Source of the DNA: an uncultured Verrucomicrobiae bacterium
GTDB lineage: Bacteria; Verrucomicrobiota; Verrucomicrobiia; Limisphaerales; DSYF01
DNA: 64,000 nt
Reading direction: 5' to 3'
Assembly (NCBI GenBank): GCA_963751435.1
Contig: CAVVUP010000026.1
Coordinates: forward strand, 15,604 to 79,603
The translations under genes were made by a program, and so were the position numbers. Position 1 is the first letter of the stretch. Every line of letters starts with the position of its first letter. Positions 20,465-29,465 of the stretch are shown one piece after another. The notes beneath the pieces were generated by a model. The model had not been told where the DNA came from. It did not search any database and saw only the letters and a program-made list of their open reading frames with translations.

Positions 20465-20980
20465 ATGGAAACCATCACCACCGAGGCTGAGGAAGAGCGG
20501 TATGCCGAACTCCAGCAGATAGCGCTCGGGTTTGCCCGCCATGGCGAAACCGCATCGCTGGCTGCAATGATCCAGCACGGGCTGCCGGTGAATCTGGCGG
20601 ATTCCAAGGGCAACACATTGCTGATGCTCGCCAGCTACAATGGCAATCTCGAAACCGCACGAATGCTGCTGCAGCAGGGGGCCGTGGTGGACCGCAGGAA
20701 TGATCGTGGACAAACTCCGCTGGGCGGCGCCGCCTTCAAGGGCTACGAAGAGATCGCCGCGCTGCTGCTGGAGTCGGGTGCGGACATCGATGCGGACAAC
20801 GGAGCGGGAATGACCCCCCTCATGTTTGCCGCGCTGTTTGGGCGGAAACGAATGGTCGCACAGCTCCAGGCCAACGGTGCGTCGCTTGGTCGGCGTAACC
20901 GGTTGGGGCTCTCCGCCAGAGCGATGGTCAGTATGTCCCGGTTCCTGGGACGATTCTTGCAGCGCCCGAGAACCACTTGA
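20465..20980 (+). CDS. ankyrin-repeat protein downstream of the catalase (AnkB-like arrangement)
   Basis: Three to four ANK repeats (DSKGNTLLMLASYNGNLETARMLLQQGAVVDRRNDRGQTPLGGAAFKGYEEIAALLLESGADIDADNGAGMTPLMFAALFG). Lies 108 nt after the kat stop on the same strand. Confidence 0.85.
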   Translation: METITTEAEEERYAELQQIALGFARHGETASLAAMIQHGLPVNLADSKGNTLLMLASYNGNLETARMLLQQGAVVDRRNDRGQTPLGGAAFKGYEEIAALLLESGADIDADNGAGMTPLMFAALFGRKRMVAQLQANGASLGRRNRLGLSARAMVSMSRFLGRFLQRPRTT

Positions 20981-21015
20981 TCCGTCCGCACGACGGCAAG
21001 CGCTTTGAGCGCGGA

Positions 21016-21576
21016 TCAGGCGCGTTCCATGTACTTCCCGGTACGGGTGTCCACCTTGATCTTCTCGCCCGTCTTGATGAACAGCGGCACCTGGACGGAG
21101 AGGCCGGTTTCAAGTGTCGCGGGCTTCTGCACATTGTTGGCGGAGTCGCCCTTAATGCCTTCCGGCGCGTCCGCGACAGTCAGCGCGACGCTCGACGGCA
21201 ATTCGATGGACACCGCCTTGCCCTCAACAAAAGTGACCACCACGGCGACGTTCTCGGTCAGGAAGTTCTTGGCATCCCCGACCAGCTCTGGCGCCAAGGT
21301 GACGGTTTCAAACGTCTCGGGATCGCTGAACACATAGTCCTGCTGGTCCATGTAGCTGAACTCCATCTTCTGGGTGATCATCGGCACCACTTCAAGCTTT
21401 TCGGTGGAGCTGAATCTCACGTCGGAAGACTTGCCGGTTCGGACACTGCGGATGGACGCCTGCACGAAAGCACGCAGGTTCCCCGGGGTGCGGTGTTGCA
21501 CATCCAACACCACGCACAGGTCACCGTTGTAATCGATCGCCATGCCGCGGCGGAGGTCATTTGCTGATGCTGCCAT
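21016..21576 (-). CDS. efp: elongation factor P
   Basis: NDLRRGMAIDYNGDLCVVLDVQHRTPGNLRAFVQASIRSVRTGKS..GIKGDSANNVQKPATLETGLSVQVPLFI. 186 aa. Confidence 0.95.
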   Translation of the reverse strand: MAASANDLRRGMAIDYNGDLCVVLDVQHRTPGNLRAFVQASIRSVRTGKSSDVRFSSTEKLEVVPMITQKMEFSYMDQQDYVFSDPETFETVTLAPELVGDAKNFLTENVAVVVTFVEGKAVSIELPSSVALTVADAPEGIKGDSANNVQKPATLETGLSVQVPLFIKTGEKIKVDTRTGKYMERA

Positions 21577-21769
21577 AACTCAAATTTGACGGGTTCGTGC
21601 TCAGGTGGCCCCAACTGGGGCGAGCGACCAGACTACCAACGAACCGGGGTCAGGCAAGTTTGGATTTTGGGACAGTTTGGATTTTTTAGACCTTAACCAC
21701 GCCACGATCCATGCTTTCCCCCGCCCCTTTGCCCTTGCCATCGTGCGGGGAGGGCGGGCACTTTTGCGC

Positions 21770-23341
21770 ATGGCAGCGAAGGCGAAACCCAATTCTCTCG
21801 ACTCCCAGTTCTACCTTGCACCAGACGAATTTTTCCCGGCGCAAGCCCACGTGGCATTGACCTATGACGACGTGACACTGGCGACGTTGTATTCGGAGAT
21901 TCTGCCGCGAGACACCCAATTGGAAACCCGCCTTGCAGAGGGGCTTACACTCAACATTCCCTTGCTGTCGGCGGATATGGATACGGTCACTGAATCGCGC
22001 ATGGCCATCGCCATGGCACTCAATGGTGGGCTGGGGCTGATCCATTACAATATGTCCGAGACGGACCAGGCGCAGGAAGTCAGCCGGGTGAAGAATCATG
22101 TGCATGGATTGATTCAGGATCCGATCAAAGTGACCCCGGACCAACTGATCGGCGATGTATTGGACATGGTGGAGAAGCGCCGGTTCGAGTTCCGGACCTT
22201 TCCCGTGGTGGACGAGCAGGGAAAGCTGATGGGATTGCTTCCCGGGCACGTCGTCAAACATCGCTACGCGCAGCGCAAGGTGGCCGAGGCACTCACGCCG
22301 CGCCCCCAGGTTCATACGGTGGCCCAGGTTGAACTCGGACGGAATCCGATCGCCCGCGCGGACAAGTTCTTCACGGATCACCCGGGGATCCACAAGCTGT
22401 TGGTGGTGGACGAACAGGACCGGTTGCGGGGTTTGTTCACCATGAGCGACGTGGAACGGATCACGCAGGAGAAGACCGCGCAGTTCAAGCCGGCGCGGGA
22501 TTCGCGGTTCCGACTGCTGTGCGGTGCGGCGATCAGCGCGACTCGGAATGCGTTTGGCGATCTGGACCGGGAACGGTTGTTGGGCCACGTCTCGGTGCTG
22601 GTGGAGAGAGGGTTGGACGTGGTGGCGGTATCGACCGCGCACGGCTTTACCCGGGGTGTGGGGGATGCCGTACGAATGATTCGCGACGCCTTCCCCAAAC
22701 TGCCGATCATCGCCGGCAATGTGACCAGCGGTGCCGGGGTCGAATTCCTGGCCGACGCCGGCGCCAGCATCGTCAAGATAGGCCAGGGGCCGGGGTCAAT
22801 CTGCACCACCCGCATCGTGGCGGGCGTGGGCATTCCCCAGATGACAGCCTTGTATGTCAGCTCCAGGGCCGCGGCAAGGAAGGGGATTCCGATCCTGGCG
22901 GATGGCGGCATCACCAAGTCGGGCGATATCGTCAAGGCCTTGACCTTGGCCGATGGGGTGGTGTGCGGCGGGTTGTTTGCCGGCTGCACCGAGGCGCCAG
23001 GAGAAGTGATGGAGATCGGCGGCAAACTCTACAAGCAATACCGCGGCATGGGCAGCCTGGCGGCTATGAAGGCGGGCTCGGCCGCGCGCTACGGACACGC
23101 CAAGGCGGACACAAGCCGCAAGGTGGCCCCGGAAGGAGTGGAGGCACTCAAGGAGGTGGCGGGGTCGCTGGATCGAGTGATTGCATTATTGATCGGCGGA
23201 ATTCAATCCGGGATGGGCTACCTCGGCGCGGTCAACCTCGACGAGTTGCGGAAGCGCGCCCGCTACATCCGGGTGAGCGGAGCCGGCATGCGGGAAGCCG
23301 CCCCGCACGATGTGGTCGAGCTGAAAACCGGGGCGAACTGA
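21770..23341 (+). CDS. guaB: IMP dehydrogenase (with CBS pair)
   Basis: [52 protein letters not shown], a CBS region, then [58 protein letters not shown] at 21770. Confidence 0.93.
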   Translation: MAAKAKPNSLDSQFYLAPDEFFPAQAHVALTYDDVTLATLYSEILPRDTQLETRLAEGLTLNIPLLSADMDTVTESRMAIAMALNGGLGLIHYNMSETDQAQEVSRVKNHVHGLIQDPIKVTPDQLIGDVLDMVEKRRFEFRTFPVVDEQGKLMGLLPGHVVKHRYAQRKVAEALTPRPQVHTVAQVELGRNPIARADKFFTDHPGIHKLLVVDEQDRLRGLFTMSDVERITQEKTAQFKPARDSRFRLLCGAAISATRNAFGDLDRERLLGHVSVLVERGLDVVAVSTAHGFTRGVGDAVRMIRDAFPKLPIIAGNVTSGAGVEFLADAGASIVKIGQGPGSICTTRIVAGVGIPQMTALYVSSRAAARKGIPILADGGITKSGDIVKALTLADGVVCGGLFAGCTEAPGEVMEIGGKLYKQYRGMGSLAAMKAGSAARYGHAKADTSRKVAPEGVEALKEVAGSLDRVIALLIGGIQSGMGYLGAVNLDELRKRARYIRVSGAGMREAAPHDVVELKTGAN

Positions 23342-23390
23342 GGCTGGAGATCGAAAATTGGGAATCGCCGATCCAAGAGGGGAGCGAACG

Positions 23391-24371
23391 TCACCCCGCG
23401 TTTTCAAGCGGTTGGGCTGAGATCTCGAGCATGCGATCGATCGGGCGGCGGGCACGTTCCAGGATTTCGTCCGGCAACTCGATCCGGGGAGACAAACGCT
23501 TCATGCAATCGCGCACCTTCTCGATCGTGTTCATTTTCATGTGCTTGCACTCGCTGCAGCGGCAGTTGTCCGTGGGCAGGCGCATCACGTCAAACACCGG
23601 CGCGGGCAGAAACTCCTTGCCCGGACATTCCTTCTTCAACCGGTGGATGATCCCGGACTCGGTGACCACGATAAATTGCTTGGATGGGTGCGTCCTACAA
23701 TAGCTAATCATCTTCTCGGTCGAGCACACCGCGTCCGCGAGGTCGCGCACCTCCTTGCGGCATTCCGGATGAGCGACGATGGGGGTGTGAGGGTGGGCGG
23801 CACGAATCTGCTGGAGGCTTTCCTTGCGGAACTCCACGTGAACATAGCAATCCCCTTTCCACAGCTTCATCGGGCGGCCCGTGGCTTCCATCACCCATTG
23901 ACCCAGATTTTCGTCCGGAACAAACAGCAGATCCTTGTCCCGGGGAGCCGCCCGCACAATCCGGTCGGCGTTGCCGCTGGTGCAGATGCAGTCGCTCAAC
24001 GCCTTCACGGCCGCGCTGCAATTGATGTAGGCGATGGTGTAGAAGTTGGGATTGGTCCGCTGCAGTTCGGCCAGTTGGTCCGCAGGACAACTTTCCTCCA
24101 GTGAACAGCCAGCCTCTTTGTCCGGCAAAACAACCGTCTTGGTCGGATTGAGGATCTTGGCGGTCTCCGCCATGAAGTGGACTCCACAAAACACGATCAC
24201 CTCCGCGCTGGTCTTGGCCGCCTGTTGAGCCAGACCCAGAGAATCCCCGACGTAATCCGCCACATCCTGGATCTCGGGCACCTGGTAATTGTGCGCCAGA
24301 ATCACCGCGTTAAGGTCCGCCTTCAAACGGGCGATTTCGCGCACCAGGGGTTCGGCCTGGCCGGCGGGCAT
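23391..24371 (-). CDS. nadA: quinolinate synthase
   Basis: EIARLKADLNAVILAHNYQVPEIQDVADYVGDSLGLAQQAAKTSAEVIVFCGVHFMAETAKILNP..TIAYINCSAAVKA..CTSGNA..HPECR. ATG at 24371. The ORF-track start 24497 is a TTG overlapping the ptsH stop. Confidence 0.9.
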   Translation of the reverse strand: MPAGQAEPLVREIARLKADLNAVILAHNYQVPEIQDVADYVGDSLGLAQQAAKTSAEVIVFCGVHFMAETAKILNPTKTVVLPDKEAGCSLEESCPADQLAELQRTNPNFYTIAYINCSAAVKALSDCICTSGNADRIVRAAPRDKDLLFVPDENLGQWVMEATGRPMKLWKGDCYVHVEFRKESLQQIRAAHPHTPIVAHPECRKEVRDLADAVCSTEKMISYCRTHPSKQFIVVTESGIIHRLKKECPGKEFLPAPVFDVMRLPTDNCRCSECKHMKMNTIEKVRDCMKRLSPRIELPDEILERARRPIDRMLEISAQPLENAG

Positions 24372-24493
24372 GGATGGCCGCAGCGCTGGGATGCCCGCCT
24401 CCCGCTCTGCTGGATTGGTGAAAGTGCTCACATGCTGAACTGAGACCTCGCAGAGTGCGTTGAGAGGAGACGGACGGACGCCTTCGGGCCGAC

Positions 24494-24793
24494 TCAATCC
24501 TCGTTGAACTTGGCGGCCACCAGCGCCTCGATCTCGCTCAGCGCCGCCGACGCATCCTGGCCCTCGGCCTGAACCTTTAAGCGGCTACCAGGACCGGCGG
24601 CCAGCATCATCAAGCCCATGATGCTCTTGCCGTTGACCTTCTCGCCATCTTTCTCGACGAAGATGTCGCACTTGAACCGGTTGGCGGTCTTGACAAAAAG
24701 CGCAGCCGGTCGGGCATGAATGCCCAACTTGTTGACGATCAGTAGTTCCTTGATCAAGGCTTGCTCCGGTGCTTCCAGTTTACGCCCGCTCAT
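24494..24793 (-). CDS. ptsH: phosphocarrier protein HPr
   Basis: VNKLGIHARPAALFV (His-15 site) and VNGKSIMGLMMLAAGPGS (Ser-46 site). 99 aa. Confidence 0.9.
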   Translation of the reverse strand: MSGRKLEAPEQALIKELLIVNKLGIHARPAALFVKTANRFKCDIFVEKDGEKVNGKSIMGLMMLAAGPGSRLKVQAEGQDASAALSEIEALVAAKFNED

Positions 24794-24926
24794 GATTAAT
24801 CTGCGCGATTCTAACGCAGGTCACCCGCGCCTGGCGAATGAAATCTTGCCCGTGTTGCAAGAGACGCCCGCAAATCCCAAGTTTTTGGTTTCTCGGGTCG
24901 ATCTTTTCAGGCAAAGTTCACCGGCT

Positions 24927-25427
24927 ATGGGGAATCGACGTGAAGCCCGAGAGCGTGCGGTCCAGTTTCTGTTCCAGCACGACCTCAACCCATCAAACCC
25001 ACTGGATGAGGCGCTGGAACAGTTCTGGCAATCCCAGCGTGCGGCGGCGCTGCAGGCGGAGGAGGGGGGTGCCAGTTGGGGACAACCACGCGAATTGCCG
25101 CCCCCCACGGTTGAGGAGGCGGCCATGCGGGTGTTCGCAGACCCCCTGATCCGCGGGACCATCGAACACCTGGCGGCAATCGATTCGGTGATTGCCCGGC
25201 ACGTGCGCAATTGGTCCCTCGAACGGATGGCCGCCGTGGACCGGAATGTCCTGCGTCTGGCAGTTTACGAGATGCTGCATCGCCTGGATATCCCCCCGGT
25301 GGTCAGCATCAACGAGGCGGTGGATATCGCCAAGAAATTCTCCACCCACGAGAGCGGACGATTTGTGAACGGCATTCTGGACAAGGTGAAAGGCGAGTTG
25401 ATGCGTCCGGCGCGTGTGGTATCCTGA
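24927..25427 (+). CDS. nusB: transcription antitermination factor NusB
   Basis: MGNRREARERAVQFLFQHD..ERMAAVDRNVLRLAVYEMLHRLDIPPVVSINEAVDIAKKFSTHESGRFVNGILDKV. ATG at 24927. Confidence 0.92.
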   Translation: MGNRREARERAVQFLFQHDLNPSNPLDEALEQFWQSQRAAALQAEEGGASWGQPRELPPPTVEEAAMRVFADPLIRGTIEHLAAIDSVIARHVRNWSLERMAAVDRNVLRLAVYEMLHRLDIPPVVSINEAVDIAKKFSTHESGRFVNGILDKVKGELMRPARVVS

Positions 25428-25454
25428 AGGCCAATCTGGCGCCCCAGGGCGTTA

Positions 25455-26345
25455 TTGGAGTCACAGTCAATCGTGTTTGCAGACCTACACCTACACACCC
25501 ACTTTTCGGACGGCACCTACACGCCCGAGGAATTGGTGGCGCGCGCCCGGGAACAGGGCCTGTCGGCCATCGCCCTGACCGACCACGACACGGTCGAGGG
25601 TTGTCCGCGCGCCGGCCAGGCCTGTCTCGATGCGGGGATCGAGTTCATTCCCGGCACCGAACTCACGGCCGATTACAAGGGCACAGAATTGCACATCCTG
25701 GGCTACTTCCTTGACATGGAAAACGGCCTGCTGCTGCGCGAGATCTCCAAGTGCCAGGCCACCCGGCAGGATCGGATCCGGGAAATGGTCCTTCGCCTGA
25801 ACCAGCATCGGGTGCCGCTTCGTGCTGAACGCGTCTTTGCCATCGCCAACTGCCAGTCTCCCGGCCGACCGCATGTGGCACGGGCGCTGGTCGAGGACGG
25901 TTATTGCGCGAACATGGATGAGGCCTTCGAACGTTTTCTCAAGCGCAGTCGCCCCGCCTGGGTTCCCAAACGACGCATCTCCGTCGCAGACGCCATCGAC
26001 TTGATTCATCAGGCCGCCGGGCTGGCGGTCATGGCCCATCCGGGGTTGAACCGCACGGACGATTTGATCCCCGCGGTGGTGAAGGCTGGCCTGGATGGCA
26101 TCGAGTGCTTTCACACCAAACACTCGACCGCCACCGCGGAGCGTTATCTCGAGATCGCCGATCGCTACAAATTGCTGGTCACCGGCGGATCCGATTGCCA
26201 CGGTATGAGCAAGGGGCGCCCGCTCATCGGCACCATCAAACTTCCCTACCAGCATGTCGAGTTGATGAAAATCGCCGTCGCCCGGCGCCGGGAAGCACCC
26301 CCGTCCCACCGCCCCGCCCCCACCACTCCCGGATTGCTCCCATGA
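25455..26345 (+). CDS. PHP-domain phosphoesterase (TrpH/YciV-like)
   Basis: FADLHLHTHFSDGTYTPEELVARAREQGLSAIALTDHDTVEG..GTELT..AHP..GIECFH..TGGSDCHG. The start is a TTG at 25455 or a GTG at 25473. Confidence 0.85.
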   Translation: MESQSIVFADLHLHTHFSDGTYTPEELVARAREQGLSAIALTDHDTVEGCPRAGQACLDAGIEFIPGTELTADYKGTELHILGYFLDMENGLLLREISKCQATRQDRIREMVLRLNQHRVPLRAERVFAIANCQSPGRPHVARALVEDGYCANMDEAFERFLKRSRPAWVPKRRISVADAIDLIHQAAGLAVMAHPGLNRTDDLIPAVVKAGLDGIECFHTKHSTATAERYLEIADRYKLLVTGGSDCHGMSKGRPLIGTIKLPYQHVELMKIAVARRREAPPSHRPAPTTPGLLP

Positions 26346-27253
26346 GTTTGCTTGCCAGGTTCAAAGCCGGCCTCTCCAAGACCCACAACCGGTTGGTTCA
26401 CGAAATCAAGCGCATTGCCACCGGCTCCGCGAGGCTGGACACGGCGAGCCTTGAGGATCTCGAGTCGGCTCTGTTGGGGGCAGATCTCGGCTTGGCAATG
26501 ACCCGGCGGATCGTGGACGCCACCCGCCATTCCTATGAGACCCAGGGGCGGGACCGCTTGAACCTGCTGGAGGTGGCGCAACGCGAGGTGGAACGAAGCT
26601 TCAACGGGGCCCATGCCGACCTGATCCGGGCACCGCAGGGTGTGACCGTGGTCTCGATTGTCGGTGTCAACGGCACAGGCAAGACCACCACCTCCGCCAA
26701 GCTGGCTCATCGCGTGCAGTCGAGGGGGCAGACGGCTCTGCTCGCAGCCTGCGACACCTTCCGTGCGGCGGCCATCGACCAACTCAAGCTGTGGGGGGGG
26801 CGCCTCAACGTGGAAGTGGTGGCCGGCGCCTACGGGGCTGATCCGGCGGCGATTGGGCATGACGCGGTGGCAGCCGCCCAGGCGCGCGGGGCCGACTACC
26901 TGTTCGTTGACACCGCCGGACGCCTGCACACCAAACATAACCTGATGCAGGAGTTGCAGAAGGTGCACCGGATCCTCGGCAAGCAGCAGGCGGGCGCGCC
27001 GCACGAGGTCCTGCTGGTGCTGGACGCCACCACCGGCATGAATGCGCTCCAGCAGGCCCGCGAGTTCCACAAGATCGTCCCGCTGACCGGCCTGGTGGTC
27101 ACCAAACTCGACGGCACCAGCAAGGGCGGCATGGTCGTGGCCATCCACGACGAACTCAAGCTGCCGGTGAAATTCGTCGGCTTGGGCGAACAGCCGGAGG
27201 ACCTGCAGCCATTCGATGCCCGGCAGTTTGCGCAGGCGTTGTTCGAGGAATAG
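26342..27253 (+). CDS. ftsY: signal recognition particle receptor FtsY
   Basis: MSLLARFKAGLSKT.. then VVSIVGVNGTGKTTTSAKLA, ACDTFRAAAIDQL, DTAGRLH, LVVTKLDGTSKGG. The ATG at 26342 overlaps the previous stop (ATGA). Confidence 0.93.
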   Translation: MSLLARFKAGLSKTHNRLVHEIKRIATGSARLDTASLEDLESALLGADLGLAMTRRIVDATRHSYETQGRDRLNLLEVAQREVERSFNGAHADLIRAPQGVTVVSIVGVNGTGKTTTSAKLAHRVQSRGQTALLAACDTFRAAAIDQLKLWGGRLNVEVVAGAYGADPAAIGHDAVAAAQARGADYLFVDTAGRLHTKHNLMQELQKVHRILGKQQAGAPHEVLLVLDATTGMNALQQAREFHKIVPLTGLVVTKLDGTSKGGMVVAIHDELKLPVKFVGLGEQPEDLQPFDARQFAQALFEE

Positions 27254-27304
27254 CCTCGCCCGGCGCTTGCCAAGCAGTCCCCGCTCGATAGCTTGTCTGC
27301 TCCA

Positions 27305-28474
27305 GTGACCGACATTGGCTTCATGCGTCTTGCCCTCCGACTCGCACGGCGCGGGTTGGGCACCACTTCACCCAACCCCATGGTCGGCGCGGTCCTGGTG
27401 CGCCAGGGCGCGGTGCTGGGCCGGGGCTGGCATCGAAAGGCGGGCGGAGCGCACGCCGAGGTGGAAGCCCTTCAGGATGCCCGGCAGCGGGGACACTCCC
27501 CGAGAGGCGCCACACTTTACGTCACCCTCGAACCGTGTTGCACCCACGGACGCACCCCGCCCTGCACGGAAGCCATCCTCGCCGCAAGCATCCAACACGT
27601 CGTCGTCGGTGCCGACGATCCCAATCCAAAGCACGCAGGTCGGGCGTTTCAAATCCTGCGTCGGGCCGGGATCGCCGTGACCACGGGTGTGCTCGGGGAG
27701 GAATGCGCCACGTTGAACGAAGCGTTCAACCATTGGATCGTTCACCGCACCCCCTGGGTGACCGTGAAGTCGGCCATGACACTCGATGGCAAGATCGCCA
27801 CCTCCACCGGCGAATCAAAATGGATCACCGGCGAACGGGCGCGCGCCCATGCCATGAAGCTGCGACGCGCCAGCGATGCCATCCTGGTCGGCGTCAACAC
27901 CGTGCTGGCAGATGATCCCAGCCTGACACGGCGAAGTGCGAAGTCCGACCTGCCCTCCGTCGCAGCACTCCGGAGGACGGAAGTCCAAAGTCCGATGGGG
28001 CCACGCTTGCGCCGGATTGTGCTCGATTCCCTGGCGCGGACGCCGTTGACGGCCCGGGTGGTGGCCGATGCGGAAGCGGCGTTCACCACCCTCGTGGTAA
28101 GTCCCCGCGCTGCGAAGCGGCGGGTGGCCGCCTTGGCCCAACGGGTCCGGGTGCTCGTCGCGCCGCCGATGAAATCCGCCATCCGCCATCCGCCATCCGG
28201 CATCGACCTGCCCTGGCTGCTGCGCACACTCGGCTCGGAGGACGTGACAAGCCTGCTGGTCGAGGGCGGTGGCGAAATCAATGCCTCCTTCCTGCTGGGC
28301 GGATTCGCCCATCGCATCGCGTTCTTTTACGCGCCGAAGATTTTGGGCGGGCGCACCGCGCGCAAGGCCGTTGCGGGGGAGGGCGTTGGGCGGTTGGAAG
28401 ACATAATCGAACTCGACGAAATTCGTTGGCAACAGCTCGGACCGGATTTGCTCCTGACCGCGCGGGTGCAATAG
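27305..28474 (+). CDS. ribD: bifunctional riboflavin biosynthesis protein RibD (deaminase/reductase)
   Basis: FMRLALRLARRGLGTTSPNPMVGAVLV..GGAHAEVEAL..TLYVTLEPCCTHGRTPPC (CMP/dCMP deaminase Zn site), then KSAMTLDGKIAT..SKWITG..DAILVGVNTVLADDPSLT..LLVEGGGEINASFL. Start ambiguous (TTG 27293, GTG 27305 or ATG 27323). Confidence 0.92.
   Translation: MTDIGFMRLALRLARRGLGTTSPNPMVGAVLVRQGAVLGRGWHRKAGGAHAEVEALQDARQRGHSPRGATLYVTLEPCCTHGRTPPCTEAILAASIQHVVVGADDPNPKHAGRAFQILRRAGIAVTTGVLGEECATLNEAFNHWIVHRTPWVTVKSAMTLDGKIATSTGESKWITGERARAHAMKLRRASDAILVGVNTVLADDPSLTRRSAKSDLPSVAALRRTEVQSPMGPRLRRIVLDSLARTPLTARVVADAEAAFTTLVVSPRAAKRRVAALAQRVRVLVAPPMKSAIRHPPSGIDLPWLLRTLGSEDVTSLLVEGGGEINASFLLGGFAHRIAFFYAPKILGGRTARKAVAGEGVGRLEDIIELDEIRWQQLGPDLLLTARVQ
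27934..27994 (+). repeat. AAGTSCG heptamer pairs flanking a small hairpin, inside the ribD coding sequence
   Basis: AAGTGCG AAGTCCG acctgCCCTCCGtcgcagcactCCGGAGGacgg AAGTCCA AAGTCCG. The same heptamer forms the array at 35109-35136, and in reverse at 37026-37047. Confidence 0.6.
28174..28201 (+). repeat. (ATCCGCC)x3 plus ATCCGGC tandem heptamers inside the ribD coding sequence
   Basis: Direct reading of gaa ATCCGCC ATCCGCC ATCCGCC ATCCGGC atc, which encodes ..KSAIRHPPSGI... Related CCCATCCGY arrays occur at 35193-35250. Confidence 0.75.
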
Positions 28475-28574
28475 CCTCGGACGGTCGGACTGTCCCTCGG
28501 GGCAACGCTGGCTGGCGCCATTCAAGGCACTTGCGCATTCGAAGGCGGCATCCATCCATCCAGGGACATTGAAA

Positions 28575-28685
28575 AGCAGACATTCTTGTCTGCGGGTTCA
28601 CGGGACTTTGCTGTCCCGTGTTTCTCGTGGGATGGGGACTGGAAAGTCGCCCGAAGCCGCAGGCTGGAAAGCCCGCGCGACACCA
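28575..28685 (+). repeat. interspersed repeat of about 110 nt, copy 1 (intergenic, ribD-ribE spacer)
   Basis: Blocks AGACATTCTTGTCTGCGGGTTC / GGGACTTTGCTGTCCCGTG / GGAAAGTCGCCCG / CAGGCTGGAAAGCCCGCGCGAC are shared with 43345-43450 and, reversed, with 59364-59480. Confidence 0.75.
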
Positions 28686-28817
28686 CGCTTCATGGCCCCA
28701 AGGTGCGATTCGGCAATTGCGGAGGCGACTCGGTTGCCAGAGATTGCAGCGCCGCGCCTGCTGGGGGATGGGGAGCGGACTTGCAACCGGAAGCCTTCAC
28801 CCGGCACCCTGTCCGCC

Positions 28818-29423
28818 ATGTTTACCGGCATTGTTCAAGAAGCGGGTACCGTGGCCCGGATCAAACCCACCGAACGATCCATCCAACTGACCATCCGGAT
28901 GGGCGTCTGCGGCAAGGGACTGAAGGTGGGCGACAGCGTGGCGGTGAATGGGTGTTGTCTGACTGTCGTGACACGCAAGCGGCAGGGCAATTTCACCCTG
29001 GCCCAGTTTGATCTGCTCCAGGAAACCTGGAAGCGGACCAACCTCCAACACGCCCGACCGGGATCCTTGGTGAACCTCGAGCGTTCCTTGCGCGCCGATG
29101 GCGAATTGGGCGGGCACTTTGTCACCGGCCACATTGACGGGATCGGACGCATCACGCGTTGGGAGCGCGCCGGGCAGGACCACGTGCTGGACATCGCCGC
29201 GCCCCGCGAGGTGGCGCGTTACATCGTCTTCAAAGGGTCGGTGGCCGTGGATGGCATCAGCCTCACGGTCGCCGCGGTTCGGAAAGGCGGGTTTCGAATT
29301 TGGATCATCCCGCATACCTTCGAGGTCACCAACCTGCGGGATCGTAAAGTGGGCGATGCAGTGAACCTGGAAGGCGACCTCATCGGCAAATACGTCGAGA
29401 AGTTCATTGCGAAGCGCGGATAA
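28818..29423 (+). CDS. ribE: riboflavin synthase (alpha chain)
   Basis: MFTGIVQEAGTV.. and the internal duplicate GHFVTGHIDGIGRI..SVAVDGISLTV; also SVAVNGCCLTV in the first half. ATG at 28818; 201 aa. Confidence 0.93.
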   Translation: MFTGIVQEAGTVARIKPTERSIQLTIRMGVCGKGLKVGDSVAVNGCCLTVVTRKRQGNFTLAQFDLLQETWKRTNLQHARPGSLVNLERSLRADGELGGHFVTGHIDGIGRITRWERAGQDHVLDIAAPREVARYIVFKGSVAVDGISLTVAAVRKGGFRIWIIPHTFEVTNLRDRKVGDAVNLEGDLIGKYVEKFIAKRG

Positions 29424-29465
29424 CTGCAGGCGGTGCCGGTGTGCGGAACGCCCGCCCACCCCTGC

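Noticed and set aside
24494-24497. ptsH-nadA translational coupling via a TTG start overlapping the HPr stop.
   Set aside because: The NadA N-terminal alignment fits the ATG at 24371, and the extra 42 residues have no counterpart in NadA proteins. The two genes may still be co-transcribed, but I make no functional claim.
28475-28817. FMN riboswitch expected near the riboflavin genes (upstream of ribD or ribE).
   Set aside because: I could not find the conserved FMN-element core sequences in 27254-27304 or 28475-28817. The ribD-ribE spacer is explained by interspersed repeat copies instead. A covariance-model scan (RF00050) would settle this.
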